Source: an uncultured Bacilli bacterium
GTDB taxonomy: Bacteria; Bacillota_I; Bacilli_A; RF39; UBA660
Assembly (NCBI GenBank): GCA_910587325.1
Contig: CAJUKB010000001.1
Coordinates: forward strand, 53,883 to 117,882
Length of the DNA: 64,000 nt
Reading direction: 5' to 3'
A model generated the notes under the pieces. It made no database searches. It saw nothing but the letters and a program-made list of their open reading frames with translations, and was not told where the DNA came from. Position 1 is the stretch's first letter. The number at the start of each line of letters is the position of its first letter. This document shows positions 47,435 through 56,056 of the stretch, piece by piece. The translations under genes and the position numbers were made by a program.

Positions 47435-48309
47435 TAGTGGTAAAATGGTATTGTGGAATAATTAAAAAGGCTCGTAGATTGCCCCCGAAAAAGAAAAATC
47501 TACACTACATCTCGGTAGCGGTGTGATGGTCGCATAAGGGTTCCATATTCCCGAGGTTAGGTTCGAGTCCTACTACCGAAACCAATAAGTTATTATTCAT
47601 TATTCGTATATAGACCTAAGAGTCAGTAAGGAGAGAGACCTTACATCACTTCCTTTCTATAAAGACACCCAGTAAATGGCTCGTATAATAAATAAATCGA
47701 GAAGCCTAGAACTCGAAATTCTAGGTATGGAAGTCGGAGACAGCGATACTATGACTTTAAGTTAAGGATTCACTATATTTTACTTGAAAAAGGTTTTCAT
47801 ATAGTTGGTGCCGTATCAGAACGTGATTATAATTGGGAGATTTTTAGCTTGATTGCACCCATTGACAAAGTATTAAAGCAGTTCGTTTAGCTATCAAAGG
47901 AAGAACTTAAAAATGTAGAATAGCCGTTTTTGCAAGTATTGTATGTTAACAATTATAGTATGTTCACGTGGACGAACAGGGAGCCACGTTGGTTACGACC
48001 ACCGTACGCTAAGCTATTAGTCGTAATTCTAAGTAAGTTGTCGTAATGGGCAACCACGGTTATTGCTTAGAGAAATAGCTATACATGGGAAACTAAAGGT
48101 ATAAGTCTTTTCTTTCCCGCCACGCTAGTATCACACTAGCCAACCCCTTTTTATTCTTTTTAGATAAACTAAAAGCACTACTTATCTTAGGTAGTGTACT
48201 GATAATATGTAAGAAGTGGCGGTGCAATTCCCCTAACGACAAGATCGTCCTAGAGGCAATATTATCGGTACAGTATCTATGATACAATATTGTTATTGGA
48301 GGTATTATT
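47435..48309 (+). ncRNA. candidate large structured non-coding RNA region (ORF-free 875 nt; strand assumed from context)
   Basis: No + strand ORF of 60 aa or more. Locally about 43-45% GC at 47941-48060 by my count. tRNA-like T-arm GGTTCGAGTCC at 47560-47570. Local hairpins at 47626-47644, 47705-47725, 47966-47989, 48124-48140 and 48176-48196. Confidence 0.4.
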
Positions 48310-48513
48310 ATGGATCAGAATACTTTTATAGGTAAAGTCCAAAGTAAGGAAATCAAAAACGGAACAAAGTTTAAGGTATATAATCAAGATAGACTCTTGA
48401 TAGGTACTGTTGGAGTCATAGACACAACAATAGTATATTTAGATATGCCAGTAATTCCAGACGATATACTCGTAGGTAGTTACATCTTTGAGGAAGTTAA
48501 AGAAGAACAATAA
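48310..48513 (+). CDS. hypothetical phage protein
   Basis: 67-aa ORF with GGAGGT RBS. Confidence 0.55.
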   Translation: MDQNTFIGKVQSKEIKNGTKFKVYNQDRLLIGTVGVIDTTIVYLDMPVIPDDILVGSYIFEEVKEEQ

Positions 48514-48554
48514 CAAGAGTAGATACTACTCCTCTAATCATATAGAGAAACTAT

Positions 48555-48588
48555 AAGACATTACATTCCAGAGCGTGATGTCTTTTTT
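48555..48588 (+). terminator. hairpin plus T-run
   Basis: AAGACAT (48555-48561) pairs with ATGTCTT (48578-48584), then a T-run. Confidence 0.45.
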
Positions 48589-48628
48589 CGTTTTATAAGG
48601 AGGCGTTGCGTATGAGAGCAGCAGATAC

Positions 48629-48892
48629 ATGAACTTAGATAAGTATATAAAGCAGTTCTTTATTAGTCTGTCTAAGTTTAGTCAATATTACGATATAACC
48701 ATTACTACCTTTGAGAAGTACAACGAGGAATATAATTGTATTTCCAAGAGTATGTTACTTCAATTCAAAGAACCACAGACAAAAGATACTTATATACAGT
48801 ATAAGGAATGGTATAAGAACAAGCAGGAGCTTGTAGTTAGGTTGAATGAGTTATGGCAAAGCCGAAAACAGACAAAGAACAAAAAGAAATAG
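48629..48892 (+). CDS. hypothetical phage protein
   Basis: 87-aa ORF overlapping the terS start by 40 nt. Confidence 0.45.
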   Translation: MNLDKYIKQFFISLSKFSQYYDITITTFEKYNEEYNCISKSMLLQFKEPQTKDTYIQYKEWYKNKQELVVRLNELWQSRKQTKNKKK

Positions 48893-49365
48893 TTGCCTAT
48901 TTCCTAGAATGTAATAATTATAGTGAAACGGCTCGTAAGTTTGGTATGTCTGATACTGGTGTAAGAAAAATAATAAAGAGACACGCTGGTACAGAGAGTA
49001 CGAAACAGTTAGAGGAGAAAAAAAATAATAATACACAGGAAGTCATAAAAGATATGGACGACCGTAAGGAAACGGTTAAGCGTGTATTAGGTAAATTGAT
49101 AAAGAATATTGAAGACAAATGCGATAATATTGATATGTTTACCAGTATAAGAGACTTAGCTATGGCGTATGGTACACTCGTAGATAAAGAGTTCAAACGT
49201 CAAGAGTTAGAGTTAAAGAAGAAAGAACTAGAACTTCAAGCAAAGGAACTAGAGGGCGACGAAAACTTGAACGGATCTATTATTCAAGCGATTACTGGAA
49301 ATATGTCTTCTATATGGGACGACGAGGATCCAGATGTTCAAGATAAAGAAGAAAAGACACAGTAA
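48853..49365 (+). CDS. terS: terminase small subunit
   Basis: N-terminal HTH IVAYFLECNNYSETARKFGMSDTGVRKIIKRH, a coiled-coil middle, and position immediately upstream of terL. Confidence 0.7.
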   Translation: MAKPKTDKEQKEIVAYFLECNNYSETARKFGMSDTGVRKIIKRHAGTESTKQLEEKKNNNTQEVIKDMDDRKETVKRVLGKLIKNIEDKCDNIDMFTSIRDLAMAYGTLVDKEFKRQELELKKKELELQAKELEGDENLNGSIIQAITGNMSSIWDDEDPDVQDKEEKTQ

Positions 49366-50677
49366 GCCTTTTGTATGGGCTCCGCTCTCTAAGAAACAGT
49401 TAAAGATATTGTCGTGGTGGGCTGACGGTAGTCCTTATAAGGATTATGACGGCGTTATAGCTGACGGTGCTGTTAGATCTGGTAAAACAATCTCTATGGC
49501 TCCCTCTTTCATATTATGGGCTATGACAAACTTTGACGGTGTAGATTTCGCACTATGTGGTAAGACAATAGGTTCTTTACGACGTAATGTTATCAATACT
49601 CTAAAAAAACAGATTCTAACTTTAGGTTATAAGTACGAAGAACGTCGTACAGATAACTTAATTATAGTTTATAAAGGAGATTCATATAACAACTTCTACT
49701 TATTCGGTGGTAAGGACGAATCTTCACAGGATTTAATCCAAGGTATGACACTAGCTGGTGTCTTTTTTGATGAAGTGGCACTTATGCCTTACTCTTTCGT
49801 AGATCAAGCTATGGCTCGTTGTTCTATTGAGGGTGCGAAGTATTGGTTTAACTGTAACCCTAAGAATCCGAACCATTGGTTCAAGATAGACTTTATAGAT
49901 AAAGCTAAAGAAAAGAGATTCTTATACTTACACTTTACTATGGACGATAATCTTACCCTATCTGAAAAGGTTAAGCTACGTTATAAGAGAATGTTTGCTG
50001 GTGTTTTCTATAAGCGTAATGTTGAGGGATTATGGGTTACTGCTGAGGGACGTATTTATACAACCTTTGACGATAGCCGAACTATTACTTACAAGGAGTT
50101 TTTAGAAAAATACAGTAAAGATATTATTGCTGCTTATATTGGTGTTGACTTTGGAGGAAATAAGTCCGCTACTTCCTTTACTCTTACGCTAGTAACAAGA
50201 GGATTCAAGGAAGTTATTATTGTTGACGAATGGTATCACAAAGAAGAACTAACTCCTAAACAGTTAGAGACAAACTTTGTAGAGTTCGTTACCAATTCTT
50301 TTCATAAGTTCCCACAGCTGCATGATGTATATTGCGATAGTGCCGAACAGATCCTTATTAGTGGATTGAAAACAGCACTCCTAAAAGCGAGATACACAGA
50401 CGCTAAGGGTATTTTAAGAGGTTACCCTATAATGATTCATAATGCGTTAAAAAAGGAAATTATAGACCGTATCAGATTCACTACTGCTATGTTCGGTCAA
50501 GATAGATTATGGGTTGTTAAAGAAAAATGTCCGAATACTATATCTGCCTTTGATAATGCAGTATGGGACGAAGAAGAAATCGACGACGTTCGTTTGGACG
50601 ACGGTAACTACAACATAGACTCTCTCGATAGTTTCGAGTATTCAATAGAAAAACAGATAAAATTGATTTTAAGATAA
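49334..50677 (+). CDS. terL: terminase large subunit (PBSX-like family)
   Basis: Walker A GAVRSGKT. Walker B-like VFFDEV. C-terminal nuclease-like region. N-terminal FVWAPLSKKQLKIL is typical of this family, from memory. Confidence 0.88.
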   Translation: MFKIKKKRHSKPFVWAPLSKKQLKILSWWADGSPYKDYDGVIADGAVRSGKTISMAPSFILWAMTNFDGVDFALCGKTIGSLRRNVINTLKKQILTLGYKYEERRTDNLIIVYKGDSYNNFYLFGGKDESSQDLIQGMTLAGVFFDEVALMPYSFVDQAMARCSIEGAKYWFNCNPKNPNHWFKIDFIDKAKEKRFLYLHFTMDDNLTLSEKVKLRYKRMFAGVFYKRNVEGLWVTAEGRIYTTFDDSRTITYKEFLEKYSKDIIAAYIGVDFGGNKSATSFTLTLVTRGFKEVIIVDEWYHKEELTPKQLETNFVEFVTNSFHKFPQLHDVYCDSAEQILISGLKTALLKARYTDAKGILRGYPIMIHNALKKEIIDRIRFTTAMFGQDRLWVVKEKCPNTISAFDNAVWDEEEIDDVRLDDGNYNIDSLDSFEYSIEKQIKLILR

Positions 50678-50688
50678 GGAGGTATTTT

Positions 50689-52035
50689 ATGAATGTAATT
50701 ATTGAATATTTAAGAAGCCTAGGCTATAATATAGATTCCGATTATTACGGCTATATCAATACATGGCGAGAGTGGTACGCTGGTAAAGTAAAGAAGTTCC
50801 ACTCTTACAAACAGTATAATGGTAAAAAGCAAGTACCAAGAGAACGTTATACTCTAGGTATGGCTAAAAAAGGTTGTGAGGATTGGGCTAATAAGCTCAT
50901 GAGTGAAAAAGTAACTATCTCTACTACCGACCAGAATACTTTAGACGAGATACTAGAAAGGAATAACTTTTGGCTTAATTCTAACCAATTAGTTGAGGAA
51001 ACCTTTGCTTTAGGTACTGGTGCTTTTGTTGAGTATAAAGCTGGAGACCAACCTGTTATTGATTATGTAATAGCTCCTATGGTATTCCCTCTTAGGTGGA
51101 AGAAAGGCGAAATACTAGACTGTGCCTTTGCTAGTATCATTGAATCTGGAGAACAAAAGACATTCTACATCAATATACATAAGCAAGTTGGTTCTAGGTT
51201 CTGTGTAGAAAATAAAATCATAATAGCTAATAACGACGGTACGTTCCAAGAGGGAGCACTACCTAAGAATGTTATGCCAGTAGTATGGAATGATGTTAAA
51301 ACGTTCCAGATCATAAAGCCTAACATAGTTAATAATATCGACATGGGTAATCCTATGGGAATGGCTATCTTTGCTAACGCTATTGACGAAATGAAGACAA
51401 TAGATCTTATCTATGACAGTTATAAAAACGAGTTTAATCTTGGTAAGAAGCGTATCTTTGTTAAAAGTGGTGCTCTTAACGTTGATTTAGACAATGGAGA
51501 CGCTGTTCCTGTATTCGACGAGAACGATATAGAGTTCTATGCTATGCCAGACGAAGACGGTACAGAAATGATAAAAGAATCTAAGTTCGACATACGAGCT
51601 GAACAACACGATACAGGATTACAAACGAATCTTAACTTATATGGTAAGAAGATCGGATTCGGAGATAATGGCTATAAGTGGGAAAAAGGACAAGTCAAGA
51701 CAGCTACTGAAACTATTAGCGATAACTCTGAGATGTTTAGGAACATTCAAAAACACGAGGTTATCTTAGAACCTGCTTTAATTGGTATGGTAGAAGCTGT
51801 TATGTACTTAAAGACTGGTAAAGTCTATACTGGCGATACTACTATTAACTTTGACGATTCTATTATCGAAGATATGGCAGAAGTTAAGCGTCAAGCTATG
51901 ATCGAGTATAATGCTGGAATCATTGATAAGGTAGAATATTATGTTCGAGTATATAAGATTACTGAGGACGAAGCTGTTAAGAAAATCGAACTCATGGAAT
52001 CAAGAAAGCCTAAAGAAGTTACATACGAGGTATAG
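50689..52035 (+). CDS. portal protein
   Basis: 448 aa directly after terL. SPP1-gp6-like size and order. Confidence 0.75.
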   Translation: MNVIIEYLRSLGYNIDSDYYGYINTWREWYAGKVKKFHSYKQYNGKKQVPRERYTLGMAKKGCEDWANKLMSEKVTISTTDQNTLDEILERNNFWLNSNQLVEETFALGTGAFVEYKAGDQPVIDYVIAPMVFPLRWKKGEILDCAFASIIESGEQKTFYINIHKQVGSRFCVENKIIIANNDGTFQEGALPKNVMPVVWNDVKTFQIIKPNIVNNIDMGNPMGMAIFANAIDEMKTIDLIYDSYKNEFNLGKKRIFVKSGALNVDLDNGDAVPVFDENDIEFYAMPDEDGTEMIKESKFDIRAEQHDTGLQTNLNLYGKKIGFGDNGYKWEKGQVKTATETISDNSEMFRNIQKHEVILEPALIGMVEAVMYLKTGKVYTGDTTINFDDSIIEDMAEVKRQAMIEYNAGIIDKVEYYVRVYKITEDEAVKKIELMESRKPKEVTYEV

Positions 52036-52038
52036 TGT

Positions 52039-53595
52039 ATGCAAGACGACAAGTACTTACAAGAGTTATACGAGAATATCGAAGCTGAACTCTTACGTAA
52101 TATTGCCAGTCATTTAGATATAGACGAGATTGACGGTGGCACAGTTGAATGGCACACTAGGAAACTTAATGAACTTGGAATGTTACATTCTGAGAACATC
52201 AAAGTATTAGCCAAGTACTCTGGTAAGACAGAATCAGAAATAAAAGCTATGTTAAAGAAAGCTGGTTATGGTAATATAGAAGAATCTGCTTTTAAGGAGG
52301 CTTACTCTAAGGGTACATTAGCTAATAAGGCTGTTCCTTTAATGAAGTCAGAAGATTTAAAAGCAATTCTTAATACTTCTATCACTAACTCAGTTGATTC
52401 ATTTAATCTAGTCAATACTACGGCTTTAGAAAGTGCTAACGAGGAATACTTAAAGATTATTAACCAAGTGTATCTTGAAACAGCACAAGGTATCTATGAT
52501 TATAATACCTCTATTCGTAAAGCTACTACTCGTTTAGCTGAAAAAGGTATCAAGGGTGCTAGTTATATGAGAAATGACGGTACTAAGATCATTAGAACCC
52601 TAGAAAGTGCTGTTCGTATGCAAATAATAACAGCTAACAATCAATGCATGTCTGCTATGCAAGAACAACGTGCTAAGGAATGGGGATCTAATCTTGTAGA
52701 AGTATCTTCTCACATGGGAGCTCGTCCTAGCCATGCTGTTTGGCAAGGTAAGATTTATATGCTAGAGGGTTCTAGTGATAAATACCCTAACTTTTACGAG
52801 GCTACTGGTTACGGTAAGGTTGACGGATTGGCTGGAGTTAATTGTCGCCATACTTTCTACCCCTATTTAGAGGGCGTAAGCGAAAAAACATATAAACATT
52901 ACAATCTTAACGAGAATAAGCAGCAATACGAGCTAGAACAGACACAACGTAAGTTAGAACGTAAGATTCGTATTGAAAAGCAAAAGATTGTTGTTGCCGA
53001 AGAAACTGGCGATAAACTCATGTTAGAAAAAGCTAGTATAAAATTAAAAGAACGAAGACAGGCACTAAAAGACTTTATCGAAGATAATAACCTTATGCGT
53101 GATACCTCCAGAGAGTTTACTCATGGATTCGGACGTTCTACATCTCAAAAAGCCACTATTACAAGTAAGAGCGTTGAAAATAAGGCTAACAAGATGTATA
53201 ATCTAGGTAGTACGGAGAATAATGTAAAAGAATACTTACGGGACGCTCCTATTCGTGAGAAAATTAGCAAAGATTATGAGCTAGACAAGTATGTTGAATC
53301 TAAGTGGAATAAACATGATCCTACATCTAAAACTTATGACGGTATGTCTAGTCAAGTAACAGTATCTAAACAAGAAGCAGTTGATCTGATTAAAAAATAT
53401 GCTGGTACTGGTAAATTAGAACGTAATCTTAAAGACGGTGTATGGAAGCATAAAGAAGTTATAGTCTCTGATAAGGTTATTGGTAAAGTCTTAGATTTAG
53501 ATAACAACTGGGTAGATACTAACACATTTAAAATACATTACTCTAAACGTGGAGTACATATTGTACCTACTCTGAAAGGAAGTGATAAGAAATGA
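52039..53595 (+). CDS. MuF/SPP1-gp7-family head morphogenesis protein with ~220-aa C-terminal extension
   Basis: GARPSHAVWQGKIY and NCRHTFYPY blocks (aa ~225-276) are typical of the Phage_Mu_F family. They are followed by a coiled-coil linker and a terminal globular part ending KIHYSKRGVHIVPT. Confidence 0.75.
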   Translation: MQDDKYLQELYENIEAELLRNIASHLDIDEIDGGTVEWHTRKLNELGMLHSENIKVLAKYSGKTESEIKAMLKKAGYGNIEESAFKEAYSKGTLANKAVPLMKSEDLKAILNTSITNSVDSFNLVNTTALESANEEYLKIINQVYLETAQGIYDYNTSIRKATTRLAEKGIKGASYMRNDGTKIIRTLESAVRMQIITANNQCMSAMQEQRAKEWGSNLVEVSSHMGARPSHAVWQGKIYMLEGSSDKYPNFYEATGYGKVDGLAGVNCRHTFYPYLEGVSEKTYKHYNLNENKQQYELEQTQRKLERKIRIEKQKIVVAEETGDKLMLEKASIKLKERRQALKDFIEDNNLMRDTSREFTHGFGRSTSQKATITSKSVENKANKMYNLGSTENNVKEYLRDAPIREKISKDYELDKYVESKWNKHDPTSKTYDGMSSQVTVSKQEAVDLIKKYAGTGKLERNLKDGVWKHKEVIVSDKVIGKVLDLDNNWVDTNTFKIHYSKRGVHIVPTLKGSDKK

Positions 53596-53795
53596 CAGAA
53601 CTAGAGTTTTTAAAGTTTTATGATAAAAATGTAAGAGTTATACTTAACGACGGTACATCTATAACAGGCTATGTATATACTTTTACACGTTCTGTTGATA
53701 GTGATACTGGTATCGCTTCTATCTCGTTAGAATCTAGCGAGGGTTATATCGAAATAATGCAGAATGATGTTAAAAAAATTACTATTACACCTTGA
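53592..53795 (+). CDS. small Sm-like (LSm-type beta-barrel) protein, candidate partner of the MuF C-terminal module
   Basis: 67 aa. VRVILNDGTSITGYVYTF resembles an Sm1-like motif. ATGA overlap with the MuF gene. Confidence 0.5.
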   Translation: MTELEFLKFYDKNVRVILNDGTSITGYVYTFTRSVDSDTGIASISLESSEGYIEIMQNDVKKITITP

Positions 53796-53843
53796 TTACA
53801 CTTTATTAGTGTTATTATGGTATCGTGATAATTTACAATGAAA

Positions 53844-53865
53844 ACTAGCTACGGCTGGTTTTTTT
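53844..53865 (+). terminator. rho-independent terminator inside the structural module
   Basis: ACTAGC (53844-53849) pairs with GCTGGT (53854-53859, one G-U pair). A flanking A-run and T-run extend the stem. T6 follows. Confidence 0.6.
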
Positions 53866-53962
53866 AGTTGATTATACGCTTACTCGATTACAAGAGAATA
53901 AAACGGTTGGTTCGACTTTACTGCCTACAAGCAGAATAAAAACTGAGAGGAGAAGATAATAT

Positions 53963-54526
53963 ATGGATTGGTTAAAAGAGATTTTAACAAACGCAGGAGT
54001 TGAAGAAGAAAAAGTATCTAGTGTTGTAGAAAGTGTTAAAAAGGAAGTTCCTAAGTACTATGTACCTAAGAATGACTTTAACGAAAAAGTAACAGAGGTT
54101 AATACTCTTACTACTGAAAAGACTACACTTACTAAACAGCTAGAAGATTTAAAGAAAGTGGATCCTACTAAGTTACAAGAAACTATTGACGAGCTACAAA
54201 AAGCTAATAAAGAGTTAGAAGATAATAGCAAGAAAGAAATAGCTGACGTTAAGCGTATGAGTGCTATTGATTTAGCAATCGCTAATTCTAAAACTATTGA
54301 TTCTGTATCTTTAAAGGCTCATTTGAACCTAGACAATATTACTTATGACGAAAAAACAGGAACACTTAAAGGAATCGACGAACAAATTAGCTCGATTCGT
54401 GAATCTAAAAAATACTTATTCGAGGAAGCTCCTACTGACGGAGGTATGCCACAAGGTGCAATACCACCAAAAGAAAAAACTATTGACGACGAAATCCGTG
54501 AGAATATTTACGGCGAGTCAAAATAA
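53963..54526 (+). CDS. scaffolding protein
   Basis: 187 aa, helical and charged, immediately upstream of the major capsid gene. Confidence 0.65.
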   Translation: MDWLKEILTNAGVEEEKVSSVVESVKKEVPKYYVPKNDFNEKVTEVNTLTTEKTTLTKQLEDLKKVDPTKLQETIDELQKANKELEDNSKKEIADVKRMSAIDLAIANSKTIDSVSLKAHLNLDNITYDEKTGTLKGIDEQISSIRESKKYLFEEAPTDGGMPQGAIPPKEKTIDDEIRENIYGESK

Positions 54527-54542
54527 TTAAGGAGGAATATTT

Positions 54543-55520
54543 ATGGCTATTACATTAGCACAAGCACAAAACTTATCTCAAAGTAAGTTAACAAACAAGA
54601 TCGTTGACGAGTTTAGAAAGTGTCCTTTATTAGACGCTATTCCATTCGACAACACAGTAAAACCACAAGGTGGTAAAACTCTAGCTTATGTGTTCAATAA
54701 AATTACTACACAACCTAAAGCTGGAGCTCGTAAAATTAACGGAGAATACACTTCTCAAGAAACTGTAACTACACCAGAAACAGTAGTTTTAAAAGTTATG
54801 GGTGGAGCTTATGAGTTAGACCGTGTAATTGCTGCGGACGAAAAACAAGTTGTTGATCATGTACAATTCCAATCTACTCAAAAAGCTAAAGCTACAAGAG
54901 CTTATTTCTTGGATCAATTCATTAACGGAGATGTTGCTGTTGACGCAGACGGATTCGACGGAATTGATAAAGCTGTAAAAGGCACTATTACTGAACGTAA
55001 TACAGAGAATACTTTAGATTTATCTAACTCTGCTGCTATCGACAGTAATTATAAGACATTCTTATATGAACTTCGTAGAATGGAAGCTAAAATGGTTGAA
55101 AAACCTACTCACTACTTAATGAATAGTGATATGTACGCTGTTTTCCAAACTATCGCTGATAGAGTTCCTAATATTCGTTATGATAAAGACGCTTTCGGAG
55201 AAGAAATTATCAAATACGGTAAGGCTGTATTAGTTGATATGGGAGATAAACCGGGTTCTGACGATACAACAGGAGAAACTAATCCTATCGTTGTTAATAA
55301 CGCTGCTGGAGAAACTTCTTTATATGCTGTTGTATTGGGAGAAGATAAAGTTCATGGTGTAAGCCCAGACGGTAACGATATTATCAAGCATTACTACCCA
55401 GACTTTAAGACTGCTGGAGCAGTTAAAAAAGGCGAAGTTGAAATGGTTGGAGCTATCGCTGTTGAAACTACAAGAGCTGTTGGGGTTATCAGAAAAATCA
55501 AAGTTGTTGAAGCTAACTAA
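54543..55520 (+). CDS. major capsid protein
   Basis: 325 aa. Strong AAGGAGG RBS. Followed by a terminator. Canonical position after the scaffold gene. Confidence 0.75.
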   Translation: MAITLAQAQNLSQSKLTNKIVDEFRKCPLLDAIPFDNTVKPQGGKTLAYVFNKITTQPKAGARKINGEYTSQETVTTPETVVLKVMGGAYELDRVIAADEKQVVDHVQFQSTQKAKATRAYFLDQFINGDVAVDADGFDGIDKAVKGTITERNTENTLDLSNSAAIDSNYKTFLYELRRMEAKMVEKPTHYLMNSDMYAVFQTIADRVPNIRYDKDAFGEEIIKYGKAVLVDMGDKPGSDDTTGETNPIVVNNAAGETSLYAVVLGEDKVHGVSPDGNDIIKHYYPDFKTAGAVKKGEVEMVGAIAVETTRAVGVIRKIKVVEAN

Positions 55521-55538
55521 GATTTTGAATAATTAAAG

Positions 55539-55564
55539 CCTTTCTCTTAATCGGGAAAGGTTTT
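55539..55564 (+). terminator. hairpin plus T-run after the capsid gene
   Basis: CCTTTC (55539-55544) pairs with GAAAGG (55555-55560), then TTTT. Confidence 0.5.
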
Positions 55565-55592
55565 AAATTTTATTATTTATGGGAGGAATATT

Positions 55593-56054
55593 ATGTTTAA
55601 AATAAACGCACCAGAAAAGAATTATAAGGGTGTAACAAGTGGAATCGCATTTTCTAACGGAACTGCTACCGCTGAGTTAGACGCTTTTACTAAAGACTGG
55701 TTTTTAAGTAAAGGTTATACTTTAGAAGAAATCAAAAGTACACCTGTTGCTAATAATGGAGCACCTGTTACGGATCCAGAAGCTGGTAAGAATACTGGCG
55801 ACCAAGAAAAGCCTATCACTAAAGCTGAACTTGTAAAAAAAGCTAAAGAGTTAGGTATTGAGGTTAAAAGTAAAGCTACAAACGCTGAACTTGAAAAACT
55901 AATTGCTGATAAGGAAGCAGAGATTGCAGCTGCTGCATTAAAGGCACAAGAAGAATTAAAGAACTCTGGGACTGAGGATCCAGAAGCTGGAGCACCTGTT
56001 ACGGATCCAGAAGCTGGAGCACAAGGAAACGGAGATTCTGAGAAAGGAGAATAA
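55593..56054 (+). CDS. head-associated protein with Rho-N/SAP-like HeH motif and APVTDPEAG repeats
   Basis: KAELVKKAKELGIEVKSKATNAELEKLI resembles a Rho_N/SAP-like motif. GAPVTDPEAG occurs twice exactly, plus a partial copy. Confidence 0.55.
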   Translation: MFKINAPEKNYKGVTSGIAFSNGTATAELDAFTKDWFLSKGYTLEEIKSTPVANNGAPVTDPEAGKNTGDQEKPITKAELVKKAKELGIEVKSKATNAELEKLIADKEAEIAAAALKAQEELKNSGTEDPEAGAPVTDPEAGAQGNGDSEKGE

Positions 56055-56056
56055 TT

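Noticed and set aside
47511-47584. Calling a bona fide tRNA gene here.
   Set aside because: The acceptor stem and T-loop are convincing. However, I could not build a 5-bp anticodon stem or a clean 5-bp T-stem, and the element is about 4 nt short. It is reported as tRNA-like only.
48124-48161. Hairpin GCTAGT/ACTAGC followed by CCCTTTTTATTCTTTTT as the terminator of the putative RNA.
   Set aside because: It is possible. However, the stem is only 6 bp and the T-run is 4 nt away. The GC-rich pairing 48117-48123/48216-48222 would span it. Too ambiguous to annotate.
48093-48287. A 64-aa minus-strand ORF inside the ORF-free island.
   Set aside because: It has no RBS and runs opposite to every gene of the prophage from cro (37256) to the window end. 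Its composition looks like translated structured or non-coding sequence. I treat the region as non-coding.
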